From NCBI RefSeq assembly GCF_009834535.1, contig NC_045696.1, forward strand, positions 76,076,001 through 76,140,000: a stretch of DNA of 64,000 nt. Reading direction: 5' to 3'. Below, in pieces: positions 48,901 through 62,446 of the stretch. Both the position numbers and the translations under genes were made by a program. Below the pieces are notes generated by a model, which saw nothing but the letters and a program-made list of their open reading frames with translations, searched no databases and was not told where the DNA came from. Source of the stretch: Camelus ferus (Eukaryota). Within the stretch, counting starts at the first letter, position 1. Every line of letters begins with the position of its first letter.

Positions 48901-49939
48901 ATGTCATGAGGAGATTGAGAAAATGTATTCACTAATATATGAAAAAGTTACTTGGTTCTGTAGAGAAAAATGACATCCAGTTTATGTTTTAAAAAATCAC
49001 CACTTCTCCCCTTCCCTCTCATATCACCTATATTCATAGGATAATTTTCGCTTTAAAATCTTGGGAAGGGGAAGGAAGAATTCTGTGAGCTTGTTGGACT
49101 TGAGCTACTGCCATCCTCAGTGCCTCCCTTTATCTTTGAGAGTCTTAGTTGCAATCACAAAGGGATGGTGACAGTTAATTAGGGGAAAAGTTAATTAGAA
49201 TCTAGATCTCCTAAAATTTCTCCCTACCTTCAGCAATTCCTCAAGTTCCTAAAAGTGCTGCTTAGAGGAAAAGATTTGCACTGAGGCAGAACTTTTTGGC
49301 TGTGAAAGTAGTTCCAAGACAATTACACAGGGAAGGATGTGACTTGTAAGTACAGGACACTTGGTATTTTCGTTTACAATGGTTCACCATTTGGGGGCGA
49401 CTCTAGATGTTAGGGACAGAAGGTCCACCCACAGAGCTGTCTCAAACTGACTATTTATCTGCCTCAGTGAAAGAGACGCAAAACTGGGTAAGAGAACAGG
49501 GCTGAGTAAATCTGCCTTCTTCACACAAGGACCAATGTCAGTAGCCAACTACACCATTAATTTAACCCACAGCTCTTTTTAACCCAAGGTTCTATTCAAA
49601 GAATACTTTTCTAGGAGCAAACTGACATTTGGTACACAAAGGCAAATGAGCTGAATGATATTAAAGACCACTTGTCTGTTTGTTTGTTTTAGTTTTCTTT
49701 CTAAGTATGTGTACAATCCCCTAAAGGGCTCATTCTTTTGCATTTGGACGATAAATGCTACCACTTACAAAAGAATAGAAGATTCAAGCCCAGGCATCCA
49801 TTCTGTCACATCCTGGAGCCAAAATTCATATCAGGGAAAGGTAGAAGGAAAAAGAATTGCTACAGAATAAGCACATACTGTAGGTGGCGGAGAATCCGGT
49901 TAATATGGATCTTTCAGGAAATAAAATAAAATGAGAGTA

Positions 49940-50130
49940 ACTTCTGGAATCAGATAAAACTTGGGTCTAACCTTCACTTCCAATTTACAGTTGGAAGTCT
50001 CTGAAGTGCAGTTTCCTCATCTCTAAAATGAGAGTGTTCCTACCTGCCTCTTATGGTCATTGTGAGGACAAAAAAAGACTATGTATGGAAAGCTCAGCCC
50101 AGTGCTTTGCACGCAAATTGTGCCATCAGG
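49940..50130 (+). mobile_element. MIR SINE
   Basis: ttctggaatcagataaaacttgggtc..ctctgaagtgcagtttcctcatctctaaaatgaga..cctacctgc..cattgtgagga. Confidence 0.75.
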
Positions 50131-50802
50131 GACTTAGAAGGCTCTTCGCTAAACAAGGTTAATGTTGGGGTGTAACAGGTAGAAATAATAGTTGTTGCCA
50201 TGAAACCAGCTGCCACATAGCCAAACTTTTTGCCTGTCTCTCCCTTCTGTGATTTTTTTTGTTCTGGCACCCAGCAAAATGAATCACTGTACACGAGATG
50301 AGTGCAAATCCAGCATCTATTATTGGTATCTTTCTTAATATTTTCAACACCATCAAAAAAGTGGACTGACCAGCCAACTGGAGACCGTTCAACACTAAAT
50401 AAACATTTGGAACAGGGCCATGCCTTTTGCAAAATTACAATCTGCTTAAAATAGATGGCCTCGGAGGTCAATTTCAAATATACTCCGCTGGATGTCCACA
50501 TTTGTTTACTTCTATCCAAAGGCAGTTTGGGGGCAAGCAACTCAAGACAGCTGCTTTTGGCATTAGGCTTGAACAAGATGTGCTGCACCACTGCTTCTAT
50601 TTTAAAAAGGCCTCCATTTACCATTGTCAGAGAAGGCAAGGGCCACCAAATGAGAGTGCAAGTCTTACAAATGGCATTTAGGGAGGGAAGTGGAAATGAG
50701 GGTAAGAAGAGGCCCTGCTCACATTTCTGATCTGATCTTTGGGGTGCTCCTACTCCTGGCAAAAAGATGTCTTGGTTTTCATTTAGATAGAGAACTAATA
50801 AA

Positions 50803-50814
50803 CAGACAGATAGA

Positions 50815-50847
<33 letters not shown>

Positions 50848-50871
50848 GACAGACAGACTGACCGACCGACC
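50803..50871. repeat. Compound tetranucleotide microsatellite (GATA)n(GACA)n(GACT)(GACC)3
   Basis: Directly visible. Confidence 0.95.
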
Positions 50872-51349
50872 TAAAAACTTTTTGAAAAGCTAGGCATGTC
50901 TTGAATAGTTTTCACAAAGCACTATTTAGGTCAAATAAATCAGGAAAATATAGACTAAATATTTCCTTTTAATAAAGGCACATATTGAAAATTAGATGTG
51001 TTTACGGCAAAACTTTCTTGGGTTTCCAAACAATAGAACACTTAAAAATTATTTTTAGATGTTAGGTATCCCTCCCTCTTCATCTAAAATAATAATAATA
51101 GTATCAGATACACTTCTTTCAGCAGAAAAAAAATTTTTAGTTGCCAGAAACAGAATTTCCAGACATTGAAGAGTCTAGTAAATCTGACTATTGAAAACAC
51201 TTTTAAGGCAATCATTAACATCAACTACTGTGTAAACTAGTTCTCGAGTTTTCCATTGATCCATCTTAAAATGAGGAAGAAAAGATCTGGCTCTAGCATG
51301 TAAGAATTTCCATTTTCTTAGTACTTTCAGAATTTTTTATTTGAAGAAA

Positions 51350-51630
51350 AATACTAATTCTTCCAAGAAAGACTCCCTTGACCACTTCAGCCTGCACTGA
51401 TTTTCTGCTTTACTGCATTTTTATAGAATATATAGTCAGTCCACTACATTCAGAAGCTAATTATCCATAGCTTGTGTTTTTGCTCAATTATTTCACATGT
51501 ATTTGTTTGCCCAACTAAATGGTAAGCATTTTGAGAACAGTGATCAGACATTCTATTTATTCCGTACCTACTGGGCACCTGTTCAGTGCTGAGTACACAG
51601 AAAACTTCTAGTAAGTATTTATGAAATGAA
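51350..51630 (+). mobile_element. L2 3' end
   Basis: cccaactaaatggtaagcattttgagaacagtgatc..cagtgctgagtacacagaaaacttctagtaagtatttatgaaatgaa. Confidence 0.6.
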
Positions 51631-52219
51631 AAAAAAATTATGATTGCCAAAATTTGAAGTGGGGAATTCTGTGTTACTTCAATTAGTGTCATTCAACATG
51701 CAGGTATACTAAAATCACCTGGCTGCATTTTAGAATTACCTGCAGAGTTTTTAAAACATTCTTCTGCTGGAAAATAGATGCTAGCTTAAACAGAAGGGAA
51801 AGAATCATACCTTTGCCATCAAGGAGGTTACAAATCTAGAGCCAAAGGCAGATATCGCAGATAAAGAGTAAATAAATATGATTAATAAATACTTTAGATA
51901 GACAGGTTATGCCTTATTCAATCATTTTGTAGCTTCTTCGGTCACCATTTAATTTCTGAGGCTGTACTATGGCGCTCTTGATTGCAGCGGCATACTCCCC
52001 ATGCTTTCTCCAATAACCTACTTCCCAACCATTCTCTAAGGTAGTTATTTTTACAGACAGCTAAACTCACCTGTTCTGTGCTTGATGATGATTCTTTTTG
52101 CTTACAGAAGAGAGTTCCACTTGCAAGTTCTAAGGGAAAATAATATGTGAGACACAGCTTCATTTACCATGATGAATACAATATATTATTACTATATATT
52201 CTGGCAAAGATAAAATAAA

Positions 52220-53600
52220 AAGGATCAGATTTATCTTTCTACTTAAAGTTCTGGAAAGACCAGCTCCCAAGATGTTGGACATCAAGCAAAGGAGAGTGAT
52301 CCCTGAGACCTGGGAAGCAAAGAAGATGGGAACTGAGTGTCCCAAATTACCCTCTCGAGAAAGATTACACACCTTGGTGCAGGAAGGGAGAACCCGGGCG
52401 GAGCAGGGCAGACTATCTGAGTTGAGGGAAAAGGGGGTAGTTCAGAGAAGCCAGAGTGCCACAGTTCAGAGTACTGGGGAGGGAGAAAGAGAGAGCTACA
52501 CAGAGAGAAAAATTCCAAGACTCACAGAGAATGGATCCCCCTCAATTGTTCAGACAAGTACTGGTGAGCAAATGAGAGTGAGGAAACTACCCAAAGGAGC
52601 CCAGGGAACAGTGCCTGGAATTCACACAGGGCCAGGAATAGTGCCTGCTCCTCACAGCCAAAGTGGGGAGCCTCATAAATCATGGCTGATGGATGGGAGC
52701 AGGGGTGGGCAAACAGCTCCTAGGCCAAATCTAGCCTGCCACCTATTTTTGTAAATAAACTTTCTTGGAACACAACCACATGTATTTCTTTATGTATTTT
52801 CTATGTCTGCTTTCGTGCTATAGTGACAGTGTTGAGTAGTCGGGACTGAAACGAAATGTCCCACAAAACCTAAAACATTTACCATCTGGCCCTTTACAGA
52901 AACGTTTGCTGACGGACCCCTAGGTTAAAGTGCTAACAAGGGCCTTGTCTCAGCCGTGGGAAATACTAACTCCAGACGAAACGCTGTTCTGATTCCACCG
53001 AATAAAGCTTGCTTTTAAAAGCAAGATGCAAAAAAAATCACATTGTTTCCAAGTAACCTAACTACGTTCCAGAAGAAAGCTCAAGAATATCGACAGAAAT
53101 ACAAGTCCCCAGCACCCAACAAGGTAAATTTACAATGTCTGGCATCTAATCAAAAGTTACCTGGCACACAAAGAGAGAAAATACAATCCACTACTAGGAG
53201 GGAAAAAAAATCAATCAGTTAAAACTGACCCAGAAATGACACATGATAAAATTAATAGACTAGGACATTAAAACAGTTATGATGACTATATTCCACATGT
53301 GTGTGCTTGAGGAAAAATTGAACATACTGAATAAAAGATGAAAGATAGAAGAAGAAAAAGGCTTGAATCAAATTGTTGACAATTTAAAACAAATTAATAA
53401 CAATAAGTTGATGGTTTTAACATATTTAAAAGTAAACTGTATGATACCAGGGTAACATGATGAAGGGTAAGATGGGGTATAAACAGAATTATCTTGTTGT
53501 AAGGTTTTTACATTGCTTGTGAGGTAGTTTAATATGATCTGAAGGTAGACTGTGATAACATAAATATATGTTGTAATCTCTAGAGAAACTACTTAAGCCC
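52220..53600 (+). mobile_element. Old LINE-1 5' UTR/ORF1-start and inter-ORF remnants (L1MD-like), interrupted by MER58A
   Basis: ttggacatcaagcaaaggagagtgatccctgaga..gtgaggaaactaccca..ggtaaatttacaatgtctggcatctaatcaaaa..aactgacccagaaatgacac..tgaaggtagactgtgataa. Confidence 0.65.
52700..52922. mobile_element. MER58A hAT-Charlie MITE
   Basis: caggggtgggcaaac..ggccaaatctagcctgccacctatttttgtaaataaac..aaaacatttaccatctggccctttacagaaacgtttgctgac..cccc; terminal inverted repeats are visible. Confidence 0.85.
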
Positions 53601-53749
53601 ATCAAATAAATCCTTCATTCATTTTTTTTCATTTCTAACATTTCTATTTGTTTTTGTGGTTGTTGTAACCATTTCTCTGCTAACATTCCCCATCTGTATT
53701 CATGTTTCTTGTCCACCTTTTCCATTAATACTTTAATATACGTACATGT

Positions 53750-55140
53750 TTTTTTTAAAGACTATTTTTCAGAGCAGTTTTAGGTTCACAGCAAAACTGA
53801 GGGGAAGGTACAGAGATTTCCAATTTACTGCTCTGCCCTCACCCATGTACAGCCTCCCTTGTTACCAACACCCTCATTAGAGTGGTATGTTTGTTGTAAC
53901 TGATGACCCTACGTTGACACATCATAACCACCCTAAGTCCACAGTTGACATAACAGTTGTAATGTGTTGGATATTCTATGGATTTGGACTAGTGGATAAC
54001 AGCATATACCCATTATTAAGTATCGTACAAGGTATTTTCACTGCCCTAAAAATCCTGTGTTCCACCCAACTATTCCTCTCACCCTGAACCCGGGGCAATC
54101 ACTGATCTTTTCACTGTCTCCGTAGTTTTGCCTTTTCTAGAATGTCATAGTTAGAATCACACAGTGTGTATGTAGCCTTTTCAAATTGGCTTCTTTCACT
54201 TAGCAACATGCATCTGAGACTCCCCCATGTCTTTTTATGGCTTAATAACTCATTTCTCTTTAGCACTAAATAATATTCCATTGTCTGTATTACCACAGTT
54301 TATTTGTCAATCCCCTACTGAAGGATACCTTGGTTGCTTACAAGTTTTGGAATAAAGTTCCTGTAGTTACATGCAGGTTTCTGTGTGGACATGTTTTCAG
54401 TCCCTTTGGATACAATTGCTGGATCTATGTTAAGAATATATTAGTTTTGTGAGAAACCACCAAAGTGTCTTCCAAAGAGGCTGTACCATTTTGCATTCCT
54501 ACAAGCAACGAATGAAAGTTCCTGTTGTTCCACGTCCTTGCCAGCACTTGGTGTTGTCAGTGTTCAGGATTTGGGACATTCTAATAGGTACGATGTGGTA
54601 TCTCAGTTTTTAATTTGCATTTCCCTGGTGACATATGATGTGGAGCATCTTTTCAGATGCTTATTTTCCATTGGTGTTTTGTTTGGTGAGGTGTTTATTT
54701 AGGTCTTTGCCCCATTTTTTAAAACTGAGTTGTTTTCTTGTTAAGTTTTAAGAGTTCTTTGTATATTTTCGATATCAGTCCTTATCAGATGTGCCTTTTG
54801 CAAATAGTTTCTCTCAGTCTATGACTTGTCTCATTTTCTTCACACTGTCTTTCACAGGATAAAGTTTTTAATTTTAATGACGTCCAGCATATCAACTTTT
54901 TCATTTTATGGCTTGTGTGTTTGGTATTGTGCCTAAAACGGCATCACAATACCCAAGGTAATCTAGGTTTTCTCCTAACTTCTCTTCCAGGTGTATAGTT
55001 TTCCATTTTCCATTTAGATCTATAATTCATTTTGAGTTAATTATTGTGAAGGATGTAGGGTCTATGACTAGATTCATTTTTTTTTTTGCACATAACGTCC
55101 AGTTATTCCAGCACCATTTGTTGAAAAAATTATCTTTGTT
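53750..55140 (-). mobile_element. LINE-1 3' region (L1MC1/2-like) with an ORF2 C-terminal remnant
   Basis: gcagttttaggttcacagcaaaactgag..ttcactgccctaaaaatcct..ctgtaccattttgcattcc..ccagcaccatttgttgaaaa. ORF 54111-54296 reads TMEYYLVLKRNELL..LLSERSQ, the L1 ORF2 end. Confidence 0.85.
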
Positions 55141-56130
55141 TCTACATGGTTATTATAAAGTCCTTTTTGTGAGACCTGTAGTATCTGGGACATGTAGATT
55201 TGCTTCTACTAACTTTCATCTCTTGCTTATGATTAATATTTTCCAGTTACTTTGCATGCCTTGTAATTTTTAAATTAAATTCTAGATATTAAACATAAAA
55301 GAAGTAAATAATATTTGTACCCTATTTCTCCCCAGAAGGGAAGCCTCTCTTCTCCTGCTGAGCCACTAGTAAATAGTCTGTACTCACTCAGTCTCTGAGT
55401 TGGGTCTTATCTTTACAGTTATATTCATCTCACCATTGGCTTTGTATGTTTTGAGGGTAGGACAGGGGCTTTTCTCTCAGTTGGACTTGAAATCTGAAAA
55501 CCTGTGAGGCTCTGGAGATCTCTTTGATCTACGGTCCGTTCTCTGGCATTATGTTGCTGGGGAATTTGATTTGCTCTTCAGTCCCACCTCCAGCTTTCTG
55601 TATCTGGGAGATCTCTCTCTGCCCTGCTGCCCTAACCCCAACCTTCAGCAGACTTTCACCTTACACTTGGGTCAGGACACCTGTGCTCAGAGATAGCCCT
55701 TTCTCCTTTCCTTCTCCGTCCCCAGGCTCTGTAGCCTACCCCCTGTAGTTAGGGCAAGCTCACAGGAGACAGTCGATGGGTAGACACAGACTTGCTCTAC
55801 GCCTGGAGTCCTCAGGATCCCAGTCCATTATGCCACCCCAAATGCAACTGTTACAAGTTCATTAAAAGTTTGCCTGGTTTTTCCTTACCCCAATGTGTGT
55901 CGGATCCATTTCACCTCCCACTCCTCCACCAGAATCAAGGCATCTCTGGTCATTTCTCTCTATTCTCCCAGAAAGAACTTGTGTTTCCTGGAATTTGACT
56001 CATTTAGGTTTCTTTGAATTGCTCATGTCCCTAGTGGGTCAAAAACAAATCTATGATTTTGTAGATGATCCAACTTATTCTCATTGTGAAGACAAGAGCA
56101 ACAGCCTCCTGGGACTTCCTCCAGCTTAAC
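55140..56130 (-). mobile_element. Probable very old LINE-1 5' region (L1ME-type)
   Basis: ttactttgcatgccttgtaattttt..aggctctggagatctctt..tgattttgtagatgatccaactt; highly diverged. Confidence 0.4.
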
Positions 56131-56734
56131 TGTAAGCAGATTCTGTAAGGAGCTCAGTTTTAAATGAACAACACTATTTGGCCATTTTTGTAATAAAAAT
56201 ATAGGTGGTAGGAGCAAAACACAAAGGGCATTTGTATTAATTCACTTTAAATTAGTAAAAAAATATATATATATAAGACCTTAAACCAAGGACTCATGAG
56301 ACTTGAAACCAAACTACTTTAATGAATCATTTGATAAATTATTTGCATAATTTGCAAAATAATTGATAGATTAAAATTAATACATTATTTGCATAAGTCC
56401 AACATTTTATCTGTGCAGGTGAATTTGCCACAAACAAATAAAATTAGAGTTGGTGAGACCTTACAAATCATGAAATCACACATAGACTAGAGAACTCTAG
56501 GTATCTATGAAACTCTATTTAGAGTTGCCACAGGATATGGGTAGAAGTCCAGTCCACTCTGGGACCCTTTCTCCAAACATAAATTTTGCTTTGATCAGTT
56601 TTCTATATTGAGTTCTGAGTTAAATAACAATTGAAATAGAGGTTCTTATCTTTTTGAAACTGTGAAAAGTGCAACCAGTCCATCTCCCGTACATACATGT
56701 CCAAAAATGCACACACACATACACAGATATTTAT

Positions 56735-56860
56735 ACATTTTCTTGTTAAGGGAACTGAGGTCCAGAGGTGTACAGGGATTCCTCTAAAGTTACACAGCTA
56801 GCTGACAGCAGAAATAGCAGCAGAACCCCTCCAAATCCAGTCCATTTTCTTTTCCACGTG
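56735..56860 (-). mobile_element. MIR fragment
   Basis: gggaactgaggtccagaggtg..aaagttacacagctagctgacagcaga. Confidence 0.6.
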
Positions 56861-57699
56861 TTCCTTCTCCCCCCTAATTAACCTGCCTCTGCTAGACTAC
56901 TGTCAGTCTCCACCACCACGGTCGATGCAGGGTGGAAGCATGGATAAGCAGGCTTACTCGGACTGACTCCTAGGGCTTTGGAGACTCCTGTGTGACATCA
57001 GCTGGACCCAGGTGAAATGGTAATCACCAGTGTATAAATGATTTGGACACTGTAATTTCCCCATGTGATTTAGTTTGCTTTCTTCCGTTGATTTATTTAA
57101 AATGTGCTCTGCTACATCTCCCAACCTTGCTACACTTTGAGCACCAATAAACGTCAAACAGATTAGACAGGCCCATTATTCAATGGGCACATTTCTAAAA
57201 ATGGTACAAAGGTGAAATCCCAGCAGTTTGAGATGATTGGAGTGTTTACAGGATGTTAGGAAAACATCTGCTTCAAAGATTCAGAGTTTCGAGAGTTGAT
57301 GTAATGTTTTATTAGGAGCTCACACCACACCACTAGTCACTGTACAGAAAATATTAAGCTGTTATAGAGTGAATGAGTTTTGAGTACCTATTATATAGAA
57401 TGGACTGTACAGATATTGGCCCTCTAATAGCCACTTAGAGTGAATACATTTTGCTCTTATCAAAAGAGAAGAGAATGGAACTCATTTTTATGGCTTTGCT
57501 CAAATATAAATGTGGGTAGAAAGAGGTATTTTTTTCTTCTGCATTGACCACTTAGGCTTAGGCTCATAGCATCCTTTCTCTGGTATCATGTCATAAGCCT
57601 GAAGAAGCAGACAATAGGTGCAACAATTCACTGGAACTAATCTTGAATTTTTGTTTACCTTCATCATTACTGTGGGAATCATTAACAGACCATCAATTA

Positions 57700-57890
57700 T
57701 AGAGCCGAATATTGTGTAGATCTCATTTATCTTTATAAGAATCTTAAGATACAGATACAATTATTCCCATTTTAGACATGAGAAAATTGGGGCTTAGAGA
57801 GGTTAAATAACTTCATTAAGGTCACACATTTATTAAGTGGCAAAGCTGGATTTCAGTTCAATCAGGTGAAGTCCTTGTTTTTGCCACTAC
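57700..57890 (-). mobile_element. MIR SINE
   Basis: ttattcccattttagacatgagaaaattggggcttagagaggttaaataactt..aaggtcacac..taagtggcaaagctggattt. Confidence 0.8.
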
Positions 57891-60074
57891 TGTCATCACT
57901 TGTGTAGAAGAAAATCAGCTTAAAGTTGAAATAATAACAATCAGAATAGATTGTCCTCATTATTTTGTAACCACAAGAAGTTTACAATTCTCCTTCAAGG
58001 AATTATCCTGAATAATGCCTATTGGTGGGGACACCCAATTACTAATGGATTAGCTCTAGAATCACATTTCTGCAATATCCCTTTCACCAAGATTTTATTA
58101 CATCTCCACTGTTTTCTTTGTGATCTTAATGCCTTTCCATAGCTAATGGGATAGTTGGTGGGGAGTCTGCAGACAAGGAACTTGTATGCCTGAAGAGGGG
58201 GAAAGACAGAATAGGAGCTGTGCTTGGCAGGAACCAACCAGTATTTCTAGTCTATGATGCTAAATTCACTATCTAGTTTTATATCCATACACAGATGTAC
58301 ACATGTGCCTGCATGCACCTGCACATACCAAAAAAAGAAATGGGGCGAGGAGGGAGGTATGGCTTCTCCTTTTTTGTTTTGAATTTCTGAGGAAACAGCA
58401 GTTGGATTCATCATTTATTAATCACAAATTTTGGTGCTATTTCTCTAGAATAGCAAAACATCACTTGATTTTCAATGCATAGTCTGCTAATTGGTAGGTT
58501 TTGCCTCTCAAAGAAACTGTAAAGGGGGAAGGGTGCATACTAAACCGATTGCCCCACTTAGGCAGCTCCTGGCAGGAATGCTGAGATGGATTAACATGCA
58601 TAACGGAAGGCTTATGTGACCCTGGGAGACAGGAGAACCTGAAATAACCTTAATATCCTGTCAACTTTCATTACCAGACCCCATTGAACAAGTAAAGCCT
58701 ATTTAACAATCTGTCTGAGAAGGAAAAATCCCTATCTTGTTTTTTAACCAGGATTTTTCATCCTGTTCTTTTTTATCCTGGGGATATTTTCTTCCACCTC
58801 ACTTCTCAGAGCAACATCACTGTGTTAGACCGAGTTACATGGTGTCCTGATTTCATCAAATTTCTCAGCGTGGATGCTACTCCACAGCCCTTGCTGCCAC
58901 AGCCCCTGCTTTACAAACCTGCCCTCCAATATCTGAAGCACAGGGCCTGTATTGAACAGCTGGCAACCTGGAGCCTAGCAGTGTGTTTGGGCAGAAACAA
59001 CTCCATCCTGACAGTTGGCCAGGTTCAGCGCTAGCAAGTTGTTTGAGCTCAAGGAAGAGGGGACAAATCAGTCAAACTGAAGAGTCAAAAAGCAAGAATA
59101 TCTTGAATAAGCACCTGGGCTTTCTCAGAAACACACAAACCCAGATGTCTTGTCAAGTTGTCAACTACATTTGCTGAAGGCATCCTGAGGTCCCTCGGCA
59201 TGCCAAGTGCAGTATGTTCCTCAAGGGAGGTGTTTGTGGGGAAATTCTAAAAATACCAGAGCACTAAAACCAATCCAAAATAATTGCATTCCTGTAGCTT
59301 TTTAACAGCACTCTCAAGACATAGACAGTTCTCTCAGGCTCAGTAAATGCTTTTCCAAATTTCCAATTTAGATGTCATATCTTGGGTTTCCAAACTCCCT
59401 CCCTTCACAAGACATGGCTTAGCTAGGGATTCAATTCTATTTAGAGGAATTGAAATCATGTTTTTTTGTTTTCTTTTTTAAGTCACTATACGGTATACAG
59501 AGACATGGATTCTACAAATTAGCACTGCATGCCCTTGAGCAAGTCACTGCTCTCATCTGAAACATTAACAGGAGGGGGAAAGTACTAAAACGTGTTGAGT
59601 TATTGGGCACTTTGCCATCACTGTCTTATGTAAAGTTTACACTAAATCATTTCCAGTTATCTTTCTAGTTTTAATTTTCTGTTCTATTTTAATTTAAGTA
59701 CTTAAAATGATTTAGGAAATGTTTATGAGATTCTATGGGCCACAATAGTACTAGGTACTGCAAGAGTCATTAACATTAATCTGAGGATGAAATACTAAAG
59801 GATTTTTACAGACTTTTTTTTTTCCCCACAGCAAACCAGGCCTGCAGATTTCATTTTCTGTAAAATTTAGATGAATAGTTTCTTAGGGTATCAGTGGAGT
59901 CACTGCATTGCCCACACTATCACGTAATCCTGTCAGGAATGTGTCATTTTGCTCCTCGAGGAACTTTTCAATTCCTTTCAGTGAGATGTACTGTGACTTC
60001 ATTTATCTAAGCTCCAATATCTTTGTTTATACATTGTAGTCCATAAATTTAGAAATTTAATTGAAAAGAACAAT

Positions 60075-60230
60075 GAGTTAGGAAAACTGAGTTTGACTTC
60101 TGGCTGTGGCACTAACCAGCTGCACAATAATGTCGAACAACTTACTGTCTGTCTGGGTCTCCTATGAGGAATTTGGGACTGATGATTTAGCTTATTCGTA
60201 AAATTCTCATACAGCTTTAAAAGAAGCTGG
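60075..60230 (+). mobile_element. MIR fragment
   Basis: gagttaggaaaactgagtttgacttctggctgtggcactaaccagctg..cttactgtctgtctgggtctc. Confidence 0.55.
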
Positions 60231-60264
60231 TGGTGGTACAAAGAGGTGGAGGATTAGTCTTAAA

Positions 60265-60565
60265 CCTTCCCTATGCAATACAGTAGCCACTACACACATG
60301 TGGCCACTGAGCGCTTGAAATGTGGCTAGTCCAAACTGAAATGTGGAAAAAAAGGATGTAAAATACGTCATTAATAATTTATAAGATTCATTACATAATG
60401 AAATGATAAATATTTTGGATATGGTGGATTAAATACAATACATTATTAAAATCAATCTCATCTGTCTCTTTTTACTTTTTGTTTTTATGTGGTTACTAGG
60501 AAATTTAAAATCACACATGTGGTTCACATCTGTGGCTTGCATCCTGTTTCCATTGGACAGCTCTG
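60265..60565. mobile_element. MER33 hAT-Charlie element
   Basis: caatacagtagccactacacacatgtggccactgagcgcttgaaatgtggctagtccaaactga..actaggaaatttaaaatcacacatgtgg..tttccattggacagctctg. Confidence 0.8.
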
Positions 60566-60914
60566 ACCTAAACTCTCTCAATCACCCTTTTACTAAAAAG
60601 TCATCAGCTGGTGAAGAGTTAAGCAGGTCACCTTGCTCTGGTCTGAAAGAAGGAGAAAAAGAAAGGAAAATGAGGAAGCAAGCTTTGGCCTTGCAGGGAA
60701 CTGCCCTGCCCTCTAACCAGGAGCCCTGAGGAGTTCTCACAGCCCAGGGCCTTTGTAATGCAGATTTGATTAACAGTGAGCCCAGAAGCAGAGACAAGGC
60801 AAGCCCCACTGACTTGATAGTAGAAAAGACAGACAGCTGGGGGTGGGGAAGAAGAGACTCTTTCCCTTCCCTTCTCCATCCTTCATCCTTAGACTTCCCA
60901 TTTCATGCCCTCCT

Positions 60915-61140
60915 TTATATTTTACAATTCTGTCCTTGCTAGGCACGTTCACATATGCATCTCATTGAATTGTGGTGAGTCCATCAGGTTGATATGATGA
61001 CGCTCATTTTCCAACTGAGAAAACTGAAACTCAGAGTTCTCTGACTCATGCAAGGGTTGAACAGCTAGCATTTATAGTGGAGCCAGGATCTGAACCCATA
61101 GCTCTTGATTTCAATGGCTACATTTTTTTCCCACAAAACT
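60915..61140 (-). mobile_element. MIR SINE
   Basis: ctcattttccaactgagaaaactgaaactcagag..acagctagc..tggagccaggatctgaaccca. Confidence 0.75.
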
Positions 61141-62446
61141 ACATCTTGTGCATGTATTTCAACTGTTCTTTCCTAATTGATTCATGGTATATTTTAAATT
61201 GAGCTAATTCTCCAGTTGTTCTATGTAGACAGTTTAGAGATTATTCTACTTCACATTTTTAAACTGCTCCCTAAAATATGACAGGTGTAATCTTCAAAAT
61301 TCCTTTTCTCATTGCTAACTTGACACTGTCCAAATTTTAATAAGATTTGAATACTTAGGCTAACAAAATAAATAGGCCTACAGCTCATTTAAATAGATCA
61401 GTCAAACCTGTAAAGAAACACAATTAGCTGGTACCCTGTCTGCCTTTCAGTGAGTAACAGATTTGGGCAAGAAACACATTAAAACATTTTAGCCCAAAGA
61501 ATTAAAATTAATCTAGTTGATTATGAGGCATCTAGTATGTAAATGTGTGAAAATAAATCTTTTAAATCATGATCATATAATTTCCGTAATTTAATTTCAA
61601 TAGACGCAGCAAAATATTTTTCCTTTTCACCTTCATGAACCACTGAAAAGAAGGCAAATGAAATACACGCACTGTGTTTATTTGAAATATAGTTCCACGG
61701 TGTTCCATCTGTAATACCCCAAAGGCCAGCGTTAATCCATCTCTAAATCCATGAGGCCTTCAGTTCAGACCCCAAGGAAGGCATAAGTATGCATAGAGAC
61801 TCTGTGCCAGTTCGACACCCAACAGGAGCCAGTGTATCCTGAGACTAGCCTGGGAATTAGACTTCAAACAAGTCCCCAAGATGAGGATTTAAACATATAC
61901 AGGAGCTTTTTTTTTGTTTTAAGACTGTATAATAGAGAACACAACTCTCAAAATCATTTTGTTCGTTGTTCCATCTCAACCTACATTTTTCATCTGTGCT
62001 GTAAAATTCTACAGAGAAACAAGAACTATGATCTACCTTAGAAAACACAAGATGGTACAAGAAAATTTAAGTATAGCAAATATCAATAGATGCAAGAGAT
62101 GGAAACTATTCTTATTGCCTAATAATTTTTTATTAGCAAAATAATCCTGAGTTGTTTTAAATAGCATTTCCTCTAGTGCATCTAAGTATAAATATATATT
62201 TATAGATTTGATTGGGATACAGGACAGTAATTAGAAATCATGTCCAATAAAAAATCAGTCAGAAAGTAAGATAAAGTATAACATAATACAAATTATAAGA
62301 AATATAATTTGACTTAGAAAATTTCAATGCTCAAGAAACTTTCTTAAACATCTATATAATATAATAGAGGTATCCCTATGTGTAAATAAGTTATAGGGCA
62401 CCTTGGATACAGTTGGATGGATGGAAGGAAAGAAGGAAGGAAAATG

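Noticed and set aside
10730..49402. CTCF-like motifs at about 10735, 41896, 44913 and 49388
   Set aside because: Each misses two or more core positions and cannot be supported without PWM scoring or ChIP data.
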